Assembly: GCA_050949315.1 (NCBI GenBank)
Contig: JBMNFL010000001.1
Coordinates: 1-64,000, forward strand
Direction of reading: 5' to 3'
DNA: 64,000 nt
Origin: Bacilli bacterium
GTDB lineage: Bacteria > Bacillota_I > Bacilli_A > RFN20 > UBA1709
The notes beneath the pieces were generated by a model. That model was not told the origin of the DNA and did no database searches. It saw only the letters and a program-made list of their open reading frames with translations. A program made the position numbers and the translations under genes. Positions 49,850 to 60,829 of this stretch are shown here, one piece after another. Position 1 is the stretch's first letter, and the number at the start of each line of letters is the position of its first letter.

Positions 49850-51289
49850 TTAATTGTTTTCTCCATAGCCATAGGTTTTATTCAAATAATTGTAAACATC
49901 TTCATTATTTACCTCAAATTGACCGCTTTCGCTTAAACTTGTCAAGTAGAAGTAAACACAGTTTTTGACATTTGAACTTGCCTTAGCTAATTCTTTAACG
50001 GCAATTTTCTTTTCAGCAGCGTCACTATCATCATCGATTTTTTCAACCGTGATAACATAGTTATTGCTTTCGGATTTTAAAATCATAGTCCCGGATTCAG
50101 TAATATCAATATAGTTGGTATTTTTGTATAGGGGACTGACATCAATAATGGCATCGTTAATAGTTGAGCTGATGATGGTAGAACTGTCAGAAGAACCAAT
50201 AGTCTTTTTAAATAATTTATTGTTGATAATTTCTAATTGTTTTTGATAATAACCTTCATAGATGCTATGGGCACCACTATTGGAATAACTGAGCATTTTA
50301 TTCTTAACTTCTTCTTTTTGACTCTCGTTATAGGTATTGGGTGCGTAGACATTGCGGAAACCTTTAGTTTCGTGAGCAGCTACTTCAGCTGATTTTTCAT
50401 AGGCGATAATGGTGGCACTATAAGCTGCCGGTAAGGGATATTCAGCATTTTCATTAACGGCCTTAGCGCCGGTTCCAAAAAAGTCAGCGGCATAAGCATT
50501 AATCATGGCAAAATCTTCGGCGAGATCTTTAAGCTGTTTGGTTTTCCATTGTTCTTCTAAGCCTCCGGCACCAGTTGCTAAACTTTCAAAGTCTTTTTCA
50601 GCGACAATGCCAGCATCAATATAGTTTTGGAAAATGTCGGCATATCTAATTCTTTCACTAGAGTTGGTTGGTGTCCAAGAAAAGTATTGAACTTTCCGGA
50701 TATTTCTGTTAGTGAAATAGAAACTTGAATTTGCCGCCCGTTGCGTGAGAATATACTCTTCATTTAATAATTCAATGTAATAATCTTTTGTCAATTTTTC
50801 TTCAAATTTACTGTAATCATAAGTCAATTTTTCTTTTAGATGATTATAACCAACATAATTATCAATGGTTTCGACAAAGGGTTCGGCTTCTTTTTTGCTA
50901 ATTACATAACCGGATTTAGTAAGGGAGTTAATTAGTTTTTCTTCACGGAATAAACCGTTCTCTCGATATTCGTTACTGTAGTAGGTATCGAAGTGATCAA
51001 CGATTCGCTCATTAATACTCTGAGTGATTTCTTCACTGGTCCAATTAGTTGAAGTGCTTAACACTTGTTTGGCAATCCGATAGAGTAATTCATCAACGGC
51101 AACTTTGACACCTTCTTTTTTGTAAAGTTTATCAAAGATTTGTTGATAAGTATCAGGAGTAGCATCTTTTTTGGCGGTAATAAAGGTTTTATCCTTATCT
51201 TTTAATTGTGGACTGTTTTTTCCACAGGCTACTAAACTACAGAGGCTTAGAGCAATTGCTAAGATTTTTAATGGAGTTTTCTTTTTCAT
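49850..51289 (-). CDS. Lipoprotein, degenerate PrsA-like
   Basis: Lipobox LVAC; PrsA-like N-terminal helical pattern; only remnants of the parvulin motifs. Confidence 0.6.
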   Translation of the reverse strand: MKKKTPLKILAIALSLCSLVACGKNSPQLKDKDKTFITAKKDATPDTYQQIFDKLYKKEGVKVAVDELLYRIAKQVLSTSTNWTSEEITQSINERIVDHFDTYYSNEYRENGLFREEKLINSLTKSGYVISKKEAEPFVETIDNYVGYNHLKEKLTYDYSKFEEKLTKDYYIELLNEEYILTQRAANSSFYFTNRNIRKVQYFSWTPTNSSERIRYADIFQNYIDAGIVAEKDFESLATGAGGLEEQWKTKQLKDLAEDFAMINAYAADFFGTGAKAVNENAEYPLPAAYSATIIAYEKSAEVAAHETKGFRNVYAPNTYNESQKEEVKNKMLSYSNSGAHSIYEGYYQKQLEIINNKLFKKTIGSSDSSTIISSTINDAIIDVSPLYKNTNYIDITESGTMILKSESNNYVITVEKIDDDSDAAEKKIAVKELAKASSNVKNCVYFYLTSLSESGQFEVNNEDVYNYLNKTYGYGENN

Positions 51290-51305
51290 GTTTAAAGCCC
51301 CCTTT

Positions 51306-53108
51306 CTAATACAACAAGTCTCTCAACTCTTGATTGGCTTCAATACTCTTGATATAAGAGGACCAAGTATTGTTCAAGGAAGAGTCAATTTGACTAGTTT
51401 GATAAACGGTTTTGGTAGAGATAAAGTCATTAATGGCGTTTTCAATTCGCGTATTAGTAATGGTTAAATCACCAGCGGCTTTGGCTCGTTCATAATAGAA
51501 AGTGTAGATTTCATATTTATAGAGTTCCTCAACAGGACTCAGTGAGCCGTAACCTCCTTTAAGATAGTTAGTTACCCGGCCCTTAACTTCGTTTTTACGA
51601 GTGTTTTGGGCAACGGTAGTGTTACTATAGCCAAAATTAAAGGCGGATTCTTTGATATAAGTTGTTGTTTCAATGGCGCTAGCATTGCTACCATACATAA
51701 AGTACTTAACAGCATCCGCCGCTTTTCCTGCAGCAGGAGCGGCTTGATCTAAAGCACTCCAGGTTACTGATATCCAGTGCAGACCATGAGTACTTTTAAC
51801 TAAGATAATTGGCGTATCATTATCATCAATGATTAACTTGTCATCATTTAATTTGTTATGTTCGGACTGTAAACCAACATAGAACTCGTGAGCTTTAATG
51901 GCACTAACTTTGGTGGCCACTTCAGCCGCATCATCGGCTATTGTTGGGTACATCTCCTTAACTAAGTCGGTTAATTCGGTATCAATATTGGCGAAATCCA
52001 ATTTTAGATATTGAATAGTTGGCATATTAAAGTATTTGTTATAAAGAACATTGCGCGGATAGAGTTGAGCATCATAGTCTTCCTCTTTTTCGTGTCCAGC
52101 CGCGGCTTGGGCGGCTAAGTTTAAATCCTTTTCCGCATAGGATAAAGCGCTGACTACAGCCGCAACATTCATAACTGGAGCGGTATAGTTAGCGTAAACA
52201 CCGTTAGCCCCAAAGAGATCTTCCGTGTGGGGACGGGCGGCTAAGGTGTCATCAGCATCATATGTTTCTCCCTTCCAAGCAGTTTGGTTCTGAATGATTT
52301 CGGAAACGTAGAGTCCTAACTTAAACTCAGGTACGAAAGGAGTATAACTATCCATGATGCCTAAGTTACCACCATGAGTTTTACTACCATCTTCTGATTC
52401 TTCATAAGCGATATTTTTAAAGGAATTACTACTGCTACCAGATAAAGCTAGGCGCTTCATAACGGTACTTAGTCTATCAACTTCAGCTTCACTGATTGTC
52501 GCCTTAGTTGCTAGGGTATCCGTACTGGAGATTTTAGTTAAGATTTGCTTGATAATCATGGGCGAAGTATTGGTAACATAGCGTTCCAAACTAGTTGTGC
52601 CCGTAGCCGCATCAATGTTGGGCTCAGTATTGGTGTTGGCATACATGTTAGCCAACTCTTCTTTTTGTTCGTCTAGTAGATAAGACGCCTCTAATTCTTT
52701 TTCATCATTAAAACCTTTTTGTTCAAGTAGGGTTTTGGTGGCGTTACGAACGGTGACACCATTGGTATTAGCATATCTTGCTACTTCATCAGCCCAATCA
52801 TCCATTTTTTCTTTAACAGCGCCTTCAATCGCGCTACTAACAGGAACGTTTTGTTGGGCTAGAACCTTATAGACAGCCTCATAGACTGCCTTTGTACCAT
52901 CAGGGGTATTTAATAGGTCATAGGCACAAGCACTTGTTTCCGTGCCTTCATCAAAGCCCAGAATATCACTAACAGTGACTTGGGTTGAACCGACCTTGAA
53001 TATAACCTCTTCGCCATCAAGTTTAACCGGCTTAATTTTTCCACAGCCGACTATACTACCAGTTAAAAGAGCAAGCAGCAATGATAGCGATAGTGCAGTT
53101 TTCTTCAT
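51306..53108 (-). CDS. PrsA-like foldase lipoprotein (parvulin domain with large insertion)
   Basis: Lipobox IVGC; IKQIL, FKNIAYEESEDGSKTHGGNLG, FVPEF and VKSTHGLHWI motifs. Confidence 0.72.
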   Translation of the reverse strand: MKKTALSLSLLLALLTGSIVGCGKIKPVKLDGEEVIFKVGSTQVTVSDILGFDEGTETSACAYDLLNTPDGTKAVYEAVYKVLAQQNVPVSSAIEGAVKEKMDDWADEVARYANTNGVTVRNATKTLLEQKGFNDEKELEASYLLDEQKEELANMYANTNTEPNIDAATGTTSLERYVTNTSPMIIKQILTKISSTDTLATKATISEAEVDRLSTVMKRLALSGSSSNSFKNIAYEESEDGSKTHGGNLGIMDSYTPFVPEFKLGLYVSEIIQNQTAWKGETYDADDTLAARPHTEDLFGANGVYANYTAPVMNVAAVVSALSYAEKDLNLAAQAAAGHEKEEDYDAQLYPRNVLYNKYFNMPTIQYLKLDFANIDTELTDLVKEMYPTIADDAAEVATKVSAIKAHEFYVGLQSEHNKLNDDKLIIDDNDTPIILVKSTHGLHWISVTWSALDQAAPAAGKAADAVKYFMYGSNASAIETTTYIKESAFNFGYSNTTVAQNTRKNEVKGRVTNYLKGGYGSLSPVEELYKYEIYTFYYERAKAAGDLTITNTRIENAINDFISTKTVYQTSQIDSSLNNTWSSYIKSIEANQELRDLLY

Positions 53109-53292
53109 AGTGATCCTCCTTAATATAAATCAATGCTTACTTATTTTATCTTATTTCCCCCTTCATTTCAATAAATATTTAAATATTTATCGTTAAAGGT
53201 GTCAAAGTAAAAGGCATGGATTAAAAAAAATATCATATCGTTTGTGTTTTTGATAACCAATGGGCTACAATAGGTCAGTGGGAAGTGAAAGT

Positions 53293-54111
53293 ATGACAGA
53301 ACTTATTATTCAAAACCTTCATGTTGAAGTTGAAGGGAAAGAAATTTTAAAAGGGATTGACCTTACAATTAAAACAGGCGAAATTCATGCCTTGCTAGGA
53401 CCAAATGGTCACGGAAAGTCAACCTTGTTGAATGTTTTAATGGGGCATCCTAAATATAAAGTTACGGCAGGGACAATTAAATTAGATGACGAAGATCTTT
53501 TAACGATGACTACTGATGAACGGGCTAAAAAAGGACTATTTTTAGCTTTTCAATATCCACCAGAAATAAGCGGGGTTTCTATCTCGGATTTTATAAAGAC
53601 AGCAATCAATAGTGGGAAAAGCGAACCTATCTCATTGTATAAGTACATTAGAGAACTTGAAAGTGCGACAAAAAGTGTCGGCTTTGATTTAGAGATGATT
53701 CATCGTTCTTTAAATGCGGGGTTTTCAGGTGGCGAAAAGAAAAGAAGCGAGATTATCCAGATGCAGATGCTTAAGCCCAAAATCGTGCTTTTGGATGAAA
53801 TTGATTCAGGTTTAGATGTTGATGCTATTAAGATGGTGGGGGACGTCTTAAATAAGATGAACGATCAAGAACGCTCCTTTTTAATCGTTAGTCACTATGC
53901 CCGTATGTACGAGCTTGTTAAACCAACTTTTGCTCATGTCATAATAAATGGTCAAATTGTCATGAGTGGTGGCTTGGATATCATCCATCGCATTGATAGT
54001 AGTGGCTATGATTGGATTAAAAAAGAACTCGATATTGAAATAAAAAACGAACAAGAAACACCGACAATTATTCTTGAAAGTTGCGCCAGAGTTAAGAAGG
54101 ATAATAAGTAA
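53293..54111 (+). CDS. sufC: Fe-S assembly ATPase SufC
   Basis: GPNGHGKST, FQYP, GFSGGEKKR and LDEIDSGLD motifs. Confidence 0.97.
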   Translation: MTELIIQNLHVEVEGKEILKGIDLTIKTGEIHALLGPNGHGKSTLLNVLMGHPKYKVTAGTIKLDDEDLLTMTTDERAKKGLFLAFQYPPEISGVSISDFIKTAINSGKSEPISLYKYIRELESATKSVGFDLEMIHRSLNAGFSGGEKKRSEIIQMQMLKPKIVLLDEIDSGLDVDAIKMVGDVLNKMNDQERSFLIVSHYARMYELVKPTFAHVIINGQIVMSGGLDIIHRIDSSGYDWIKKELDIEIKNEQETPTIILESCARVKKDNK

Positions 54112-54944
54112 TGTTAGAGATAGATTTAAAAAAGGTTAACAAAAAAGATTTTTTAACTTACGAAGAGGGCAAGTTAACTTTTTTAAGTTCGCCTCAGGAG
54201 CCTATCTTACTTAAGTCAATGTCACAATTAGAAGTTTATGTTCCAACTGATGTCAAGGTTGAACTTATTGAATTATTGACCGATTTAAATGATTATCAAA
54301 TCTCTATAACAGTTCAAGGTGAGTTAAAACATCAAAAGATTTATCTTGATAATTGTGAAGAAATTAAAATTCAAAATACAGTCAAAAACGAAGGTGGAAC
54401 TTATATGTTAACCATCATTGATTTAAGTAGATGTAATCTAAAAAGTACTGTAAATATAGGTACATTTATTAAAAACAGTTTCAGTGATATTTACTGTGCT
54501 TCACTCTGTGGAGTAGGGAGCAAAAAGTTCCATAATCAAATAGTGAATTATGCTCCTAATACCCAAGCCTATATGGAAAATTATGGAATTGCTTATAAAA
54601 ATGGTGATCTAGAAATTGTGGGGATTGGAGAAATTAAGCATGGGGCTTATGCTTCAACAAATCGCCAAAAATCAAATTTAATTGTCATTGATTCTTCGGC
54701 AAAGGCTAGTTCAAAACCCTATCTTTATATTGATGAAAATGATGTCGAAGCCAGCCACGCATCCGCAGTTGGGGATATTTCCGAGGAACAATTGTTTTAT
54801 TTAATGTCTCGTGGTTTTGATAAAGATTTAGCAAAACGTATGATTATTTTAGGTTATTTCCGACCAGTTTTAGATCGCTTGAGTGATTCAAAAATTAAAG
54901 AGCAAATTGTTAACCAGATTAAGGGGGTAATTGATAATGTTTGA
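54111..54944 (+). CDS. sufD: Fe-S assembly protein SufD
   Basis: PYLYIDENDVEASH and LFYLMSRG motifs. Confidence 0.9.
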   Translation: MLEIDLKKVNKKDFLTYEEGKLTFLSSPQEPILLKSMSQLEVYVPTDVKVELIELLTDLNDYQISITVQGELKHQKIYLDNCEEIKIQNTVKNEGGTYMLTIIDLSRCNLKSTVNIGTFIKNSFSDIYCASLCGVGSKKFHNQIVNYAPNTQAYMENYGIAYKNGDLEIVGIGEIKHGAYASTNRQKSNLIVIDSSAKASSKPYLYIDENDVEASHASAVGDISEEQLFYLMSRGFDKDLAKRMIILGYFRPVLDRLSDSKIKEQIVNQIKGVIDNV

Positions 54945-56154
54945 TGTTCAAAAAATTCGTCGTGATTTCCCAATGTTAAATAGAGAAAATCCAACTATTT
55001 TTCTCGATAATGCGAGTACGACTTTCAAACCACAATGTGTTATTCAAGCAGTAACCGATTATTATTCAAATTATTGCTCGAATATTCACGAGGGTGATTA
55101 TGATATAAGTTATCAAGCCCAGAAAGAATTTGATCATGCTCGGGAAAAAATCGCGAAATTTATCAATGCCGATAGCCGAGAAATCTGTTTTACTGCGGGT
55201 GATACCGCTTCAATGAATATATTGGCTTTTGCTATTTCGGACACTTTAGAGCCAGGTGATGAAGTCCTTTTGACAGTAGCTGAACATGCTTCTAATATTT
55301 TACCTTGGTTTAGAAAGCAGGAGGAAAAGCACATTGTTATCAACTATATACCTTTAACCGCTAATGGTCGCTTGACTGTAGAAAACGTTGCCAAAACTAT
55401 AAGCCCGAAAACCCGTGTGATTTCCATTGCCAATATTACAAATGTTTTGGGTTACACCGTTGATGTTAAGGCTATTTGTGAATTGGCCCATAAACACAAT
55501 ATTTTAGTTGTTATTGATGGAGCTCAGGGCGTTCCGCGTACCAAGACAGATGTCAAGGAGTGGGATTGTGATTTTTTAGCTTTCTCATCTCACAAGATGT
55601 GTGGTCCAACAGGTGTTGGGGTTTTATATGGTAAATATGAGCATTTACTCAAACTTACTCCACCTTTTATGGGGGGTGGGATGAATAGTCGTTTTGATAC
55701 TTGTGGTAATTATTCATTGATGTTGCCGCCTTTAAAATTTGAGTTTGGCACTCAACATATAGCAGGAGTTATTGGCTTTGGAGCGGCTATTGATTACATT
55801 GAAAGTATTGGTATTGAAAAAATTAGTGAATATGAACGAAAGCTTAAAGCATACGCAGTCAAACGTCTTCAAGCAGAAGTGCCCAATATTAAAATTTATA
55901 ATGCTGATAATGACAGCGGTATTATTACCTTTAATATAGAAGGGATTTTTGCCCAAGATTTGGCTACCCATTTCAATGCTCATAATATCTGTGTTCGCTC
56001 AGGACAACACTGTGCCAAGATTCTTTTAGACTACTTAGGAACAGCAGCAACTGTGCGTGCTAGTGTTTATTTTTATAACACTAAAGAGGAAATAGATGCC
56101 TTTGTCGAAGCTGCTAAGAAGGGAGAAGATTACCTTGATGCCTTTTTCGAATGA
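54937..56154 (+). CDS. sufS: Cysteine desulfurase SufS
   Basis: LDNAST, DGAQ, SSHKMCGPTG and RSGQHCA motifs. Confidence 0.95.
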   Translation: MFDVQKIRRDFPMLNRENPTIFLDNASTTFKPQCVIQAVTDYYSNYCSNIHEGDYDISYQAQKEFDHAREKIAKFINADSREICFTAGDTASMNILAFAISDTLEPGDEVLLTVAEHASNILPWFRKQEEKHIVINYIPLTANGRLTVENVAKTISPKTRVISIANITNVLGYTVDVKAICELAHKHNILVVIDGAQGVPRTKTDVKEWDCDFLAFSSHKMCGPTGVGVLYGKYEHLLKLTPPFMGGGMNSRFDTCGNYSLMLPPLKFEFGTQHIAGVIGFGAAIDYIESIGIEKISEYERKLKAYAVKRLQAEVPNIKIYNADNDSGIITFNIEGIFAQDLATHFNAHNICVRSGQHCAKILLDYLGTAATVRASVYFYNTKEEIDAFVEAAKKGEDYLDAFFE

Positions 56155-56587
56155 TCCCACGTTCATGCGGGAAATCATCCTTGATCATTACAAATATCCG
56201 CGCAATAAACATCAACCAAACGATGCGAGTTATAAGAGCATCCACATGGATTCTGTCTCTTGCATTGATGATTTTTATATTTATCTCAAGGTAGAAAAAG
56301 ATGTAGTAAAAGATGTTTGCTTTGAAGGAGTAGGCTGTGCAATCTCTACAGCTACCACTTCAGTTATGACCGAGTTAGTAAAAGGCAAGAGTGTTGAAGA
56401 AGCTAAAAAAATAGTTAAAAACTACCTAACAATGGTCCAAAACACTGGAGAATATGATGAAGACCTGTTAGAGGAAGCCAATGCTTTTAGTCAAACTTAT
56501 AAGCAAGCTAATCGCATTAAATGTGCTAGTCTTACTTGGCTTGGTTTAGCACAATTACTAGAGAATGGTGAGACAAAAAATGAATAA
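56138..56587 (+). CDS. sufU: Fe-S scaffold/sulfur transfer protein SufU
   Basis: [20 protein letters not shown] and RIKCA motifs. Confidence 0.93.
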   Translation: MPFSNDPTFMREIILDHYKYPRNKHQPNDASYKSIHMDSVSCIDDFYIYLKVEKDVVKDVCFEGVGCAISTATTSVMTELVKGKSVEEAKKIVKNYLTMVQNTGEYDEDLLEEANAFSQTYKQANRIKCASLTWLGLAQLLENGETKNE

Positions 56588-57959
56588 AGAATACAAATAT
56601 GGTTTTAAAGATAAAGATGTTTCAATCTTAAAAACTGCCAAAGGACTAAACGAGGAAATTGTTAGAGAAATATCCCGTCTTAAAGAAGAACCAAAATGGA
56701 TGGAGGAATTTCGTCTTAAGAGTTATCGTCACTTTAAAAAGGAGCCACTACCAAGTTTTGGTCCTGATTTAAGTTTTTTAGATTTTGATGAATATACTTA
56801 TTTTATCCGCCCAGCCGATAAGGTTAGTAATGATTGGGCCGATGTACCTGAGGAAATCAAAAACACTTTCAATCGTTTGGGCATCCCCAAAGCTGAACAG
56901 TTGTTTTTAGCTGGTGTTTCAACGCAGTATGAATCGGAAGTTGTTTATCATAATATGCTCCAAGAGGTTAAAGAAAAAGGCGTTATATTTTTGGATACTG
57001 ATACGGCTCTAAAAAAATATCCTGAATTGTTTAAAGAATATTTTAATACTGTTGTTCCTTATTACGACAATAAATTTTCCGCTTTAAATGCTGCTGTTTG
57101 GTCGGGAGGCTCTTTTATTTATGTTCCTAAGGGCGTTAAACTAGAAAAACCACTTCAATCTTATTTTCGCATCAATAGTGAACGCATGGGGCAATTTGAA
57201 AGAACTTTAATCATTGTCGATGAGGGTGCGGATCTTCATTATGTTGAGGGTTGTACGGCCCCTATTTATTCTAAAGAATCACTGCATGCGGCAGTGGTTG
57301 AAATAATTGTTAAAAAAGGTGCCAAATGTCGTTATTCCACGATTCAAAATTGGTCAACTAATATTGTTAATCTAGTAACTAAACGGGCCTATGTTTACGA
57401 GGGTGGAATGATGGATTGGATTGATGGTAATATCGGTTCGCAGACTAATATGAAATATCCTGCCTGTATACTTGCAGGTAAAGGAGCGAAAGGTAGTTGC
57501 ATTTCCGTAGCAGTGGCTGGTGTCAATCAATATCAAGATGCGGGCGCCAAAATGATTCATCTAGCGCCCGAGACTAGTAGTATCATTGTTTCTAAGTCTG
57601 TTGTCAGTGGTGGTGGAGTTGTCAATTATCGTGGAAAGGTTTTTATGTCAAAGGAAGCAATCAAGGCCAAGGCTCATGTTGAATGTGACACCTTGCTGCT
57701 TGATGCGAAATCTAAAACAGATACGATACCCGATAATATTTCACATTGTAATCAGGCAATTATTGAGCATGAAGCTACCGTGAGTAAAGTCAGTGAAAAG
57801 CAGTTGTTTTATTTAATGTCGCGCGGTTTGAGCGAAGAAGAGGCCACCCAAATGATTATTATGGGTTTTATTGAGCCTTTTAGTAAGGAACTTCCAATGG
57901 AATATGCGGTTGAGTTAAATCGTTTGTTAAAAATGAGCATGGAGGGTAGTGTTGGTTAA
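56580..57959 (+). CDS. sufB: Fe-S assembly protein SufB
   Basis: [20 protein letters not shown] and LPMEYAVE motifs. Confidence 0.97.
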   Translation: MNKEYKYGFKDKDVSILKTAKGLNEEIVREISRLKEEPKWMEEFRLKSYRHFKKEPLPSFGPDLSFLDFDEYTYFIRPADKVSNDWADVPEEIKNTFNRLGIPKAEQLFLAGVSTQYESEVVYHNMLQEVKEKGVIFLDTDTALKKYPELFKEYFNTVVPYYDNKFSALNAAVWSGGSFIYVPKGVKLEKPLQSYFRINSERMGQFERTLIIVDEGADLHYVEGCTAPIYSKESLHAAVVEIIVKKGAKCRYSTIQNWSTNIVNLVTKRAYVYEGGMMDWIDGNIGSQTNMKYPACILAGKGAKGSCISVAVAGVNQYQDAGAKMIHLAPETSSIIVSKSVVSGGGVVNYRGKVFMSKEAIKAKAHVECDTLLLDAKSKTDTIPDNISHCNQAIIEHEATVSKVSEKQLFYLMSRGLSEEEATQMIIMGFIEPFSKELPMEYAVELNRLLKMSMEGSVG

Positions 57960-57961
57960 AT

Positions 57962-57989
57962 AAAAAAAGTCTAGTTCTACTAGGCTTTT
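57962..57989. terminator. Bidirectional terminator between sufB and the tRNA
   Basis: AAAAGTCTAG...CTAGGCTTTT. Confidence 0.7.
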
Positions 57990-57994
57990 GTAAG

Positions 57995-58085
57995 TGGCGG
58001 AGGAATGGGGATTTGAACCCCAGCGCCCTTTGACAGGCCTATCAGCTTTCCAAGCCGACCCCTTCAGCCACTTGGGTATTCCTCC
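57995..58085 (-). tRNA. tRNA-Ser (GGA)
   Basis: Reverse complement GGAGGAATACCCAAGTGGCTGAAGGGG-TCGGC-TTGGAAA-GCTGA, a long variable arm, then GGTTCAAATCC...TTCCTCCGCCA; CCA is encoded. Confidence 0.97.
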
Positions 58086-58148
58086 GATTGCGAGGTTATT
58101 ATACACGATTGATAAGTCAATGTCATTAAAATTTTAAAGGAGAAAGAA

Positions 58149-59105
58149 ATGGAAAAACATGTAGTTACCGCTCAAGAAGCTCAACAAAGAATTGACAAGT
58201 TTGTCCGCAAATATTTGAACAACACTCCTTTAAGTATGATTTATAAATTATTTCGGAAAAAAGAAATTAGAGTCAATGACAAGCCAGTGGCTGAAGATTA
58301 TATTTTAAAAGAGAATGATGAAATCAAAATCTACCTACCTTTAGCCAAAGAAAAATTTATTGTTGAACAAGAATATCGTCCAATTAAACCCAACTTTAAA
58401 ATTGTCTATGAAGATGACAATGTTTTAGTTGTCAATAAAGAAAAAGGTGTGATCGTTCACAACGCTGAAAACAAAAGTTATGGCACCTTGACCGATCAAG
58501 TTATTACATATCTGGTCCAAAAAGGTCTTTATGATCCCAAAAAGAAAACTTTTGTGCCTGCACCTGCGCATCGTCTTGATCGTAACACCTCGGGATTAGT
58601 CATCTATGGGAAAAATATGGCTGCTCTTCAAGAATTAAATTCCGCCTTTAAAAAACAAGAGGGTTTACAGAAAATTTATCAGGTGTTAATTGTTGGGCGT
58701 GTTTTAGAAACTGGCAAAATTGAACTTCGTTTGCAAAAAGATGCAAAAGAAAAAAAAGTAAGGGTTGTAAATAGGCAGGGTTTAGAGGCTTTAACATTCT
58801 ATCGCCCCTTAAAAATAAGCGAAAAATTCAGTTTAGTTGAAGCGACTATTAAAACGGGAAGAACTCATCAAATTAGAGCACATTTTGCTGCAATTAACCA
58901 TCCGGTTGTTGGCGATAAAAAGTATGGAAATTTTCAGTTAAATTCAGATTTTAAACGCCAATTTAATTGGGAAAATCAATTTTTACATGCTCACAAGTTG
59001 ATTTTTAATAATTTTAATGACACATTAAAATATTTAAATGGCAAAATCTTCCAAGCTGAGCTACCAAATGACAAAAAAACGATAATTAGGAAAATTTTTG
59101 CATAG
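58149..59105 (+). CDS. RluA-family 23S rRNA pseudouridine synthase (S4 domain)
   Basis: QRIDK, HRLDRNTSG, TGRTHQIR, GDKKYG and LHA motifs. Confidence 0.93.
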   Translation: MEKHVVTAQEAQQRIDKFVRKYLNNTPLSMIYKLFRKKEIRVNDKPVAEDYILKENDEIKIYLPLAKEKFIVEQEYRPIKPNFKIVYEDDNVLVVNKEKGVIVHNAENKSYGTLTDQVITYLVQKGLYDPKKKTFVPAPAHRLDRNTSGLVIYGKNMAALQELNSAFKKQEGLQKIYQVLIVGRVLETGKIELRLQKDAKEKKVRVVNRQGLEALTFYRPLKISEKFSLVEATIKTGRTHQIRAHFAAINHPVVGDKKYGNFQLNSDFKRQFNWENQFLHAHKLIFNNFNDTLKYLNGKIFQAELPNDKKTIIRKIFA

Positions 59106-59171
59106 AAATTTCGATTTCCTATTTCATTTATTTAAAAACTCATGCTATAATAAAAACATGGTGGTGGTAGA

Positions 59172-59756
59172 ATGAGCGATTTCTTTCAATATGTACGCTT
59201 TGATGTCGTTTTAGTTGTTGTTGCGCTTGTGACCGTTTTACTTTCAGCTTTTCGTAATCAACGCAATGTTGGTCGTAACATGGTGGCACTGATAGTGGCA
59301 CTGGTAGTTGTTGGCTTGCCTGTAGTTTACGACTACGCAGGTCTTTTTACTAAGTTAATCGAAAATCTGAATGCTCATGTTTTTCCAACCATTGATAAAT
59401 ATGTAAGCACCAGCAATACCACTGGCTTTCATCAGTTATTGGTGCTTTTAGTGGTGATTATCGCGGTAGCAATTCTCTATGGAATTATAGTAGGGGTTGC
59501 GCGCTTGATTGGGGGCTCGGATCGTTATAAATATCGGAAATACCCTGATTATGCCACAAGACACATGTTTATAGCGGGAGCGATTTTTGGTTTGGTTAAA
59601 GCGCTGGTCTTTGTTTATCTTCTTTGTATAGTTTATGCTTTCGTAGTCGATTACAGCGCTATTGATAGCTCAAAAGAAATTATTTACGACTTCTTTAAAT
59701 CTTTTGATCCTGTGGTTAAAAAGATAAAGACAGTCATTGAAACGGTAGGTGTTTAA
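59172..59756 (+). CDS. 4-TM membrane protein, CvpA-like
   Basis: Four TM helices and GAIFGLVK resembling CvpA. Confidence 0.55.
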   Translation: MSDFFQYVRFDVVLVVVALVTVLLSAFRNQRNVGRNMVALIVALVVVGLPVVYDYAGLFTKLIENLNAHVFPTIDKYVSTSNTTGFHQLLVLLVVIIAVAILYGIIVGVARLIGGSDRYKYRKYPDYATRHMFIAGAIFGLVKALVFVYLLCIVYAFVVDYSAIDSSKEIIYDFFKSFDPVVKKIKTVIETVGV

Positions 59757-59759
59757 TCA

Positions 59760-60815
59760 ATGAAACAATTTGATAAAACTGCGCTATTGTTTGAGATGCT
59801 TCTTGGGACGGATATGCAAAATGTCAATCGCAAGATTGAGGCTATCCGTGTCAGTCCAGAGTATGTCAGGGTGGCTAATTTTATTCCTTCAGCCTCCTCA
59901 ACTCAATCTCTAGCCGATGTTAGGGAACGGTTTGATGCCATTGATATCTATGGCATTCTTTCGGTCAACAAAGCGCTGGTGATTGAACAAGAGATTAAAG
60001 AACTTGATCGCCGGCTTAGCGCCTTTCCTTCTTTAAACCCCTATCTAGCTGATGGCAGTGAAAAGAAATATAAATTACGCCGAGTCGGACAAATTGCCGT
60101 CGAGATTAACTCGGAAGGCATGATTGTTGATGATTTTGTAACCAATAAGGGAGTTACTACTTCTAATCGTAGAAAAGTCATAAAATCCAAACTTTTCAAT
60201 TGGTATAAAGAAGCCAAAAAAGGTTTCTTGGATCATATTGAAAATTCTAAGTTAATGCTTTCTAAAATTCGTAATTCCAAAATTGGCTTTGGTAGCATCA
60301 ATTTCCAGTATTATCTTTTAGCACTTTCAACTATTGTATTTCTAGGGTGTTTGCTTTTCTTACCTAGTTTAAGTTCCTATCGGGATGGAACAATGGACAG
60401 CAACTTAGCCGTTTTGCACACTCTGGCCTTCTATGTCTGTTTGATTTGTGCAGCTGTCTCAGCCGTTATCAAAGCGGCTTATAAAACTTATCCTTTTAGG
60501 ATGGCTAGTAAAATGCGCAAACAAGTGGTCAAACAAAGAAAATTGGTTGATGAGCTAGCAAGTAAGAGTTATTACTTTGAAAAAAGTATTGTGGATGCCG
60601 CTAAAGCTCCCAATAGTATTCAAGTTCTAATCAACAGGATTGCCATTATGAAACATTATCAAGATGTTAAAACAAGTGAAATTTTCGATTATGTTTATTG
60701 TGAAAAAGAATTCTACTATATGCGTTTTAAGTGGAGCCTAGTTTTACACTGTATAGTCTTTGCAGTTGGCTTTATTTTGGCTGTTGTAGGAAGTCTTTAC
60801 ACATTGGTCTTTTAG
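59760..60815 (+). CDS. Hypothetical membrane protein (3 TM)
   Basis: Long ORF, 3 nt after the previous stop; soluble N-half and three TM helices. Confidence 0.75.
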   Translation: MKQFDKTALLFEMLLGTDMQNVNRKIEAIRVSPEYVRVANFIPSASSTQSLADVRERFDAIDIYGILSVNKALVIEQEIKELDRRLSAFPSLNPYLADGSEKKYKLRRVGQIAVEINSEGMIVDDFVTNKGVTTSNRRKVIKSKLFNWYKEAKKGFLDHIENSKLMLSKIRNSKIGFGSINFQYYLLALSTIVFLGCLLFLPSLSSYRDGTMDSNLAVLHTLAFYVCLICAAVSAVIKAAYKTYPFRMASKMRKQVVKQRKLVDELASKSYYFEKSIVDAAKAPNSIQVLINRIAIMKHYQDVKTSEIFDYVYCEKEFYYMRFKWSLVLHCIVFAVGFILAVVGSLYTLVF

Positions 60816-60829
60816 GAGGTGCGGGGAAA

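Noticed and set aside
57995-58085. tRNA-Ser as an integration site
   Set aside because: There is no integrase or duplicated tRNA 3' end nearby, and the flanks are housekeeping genes.
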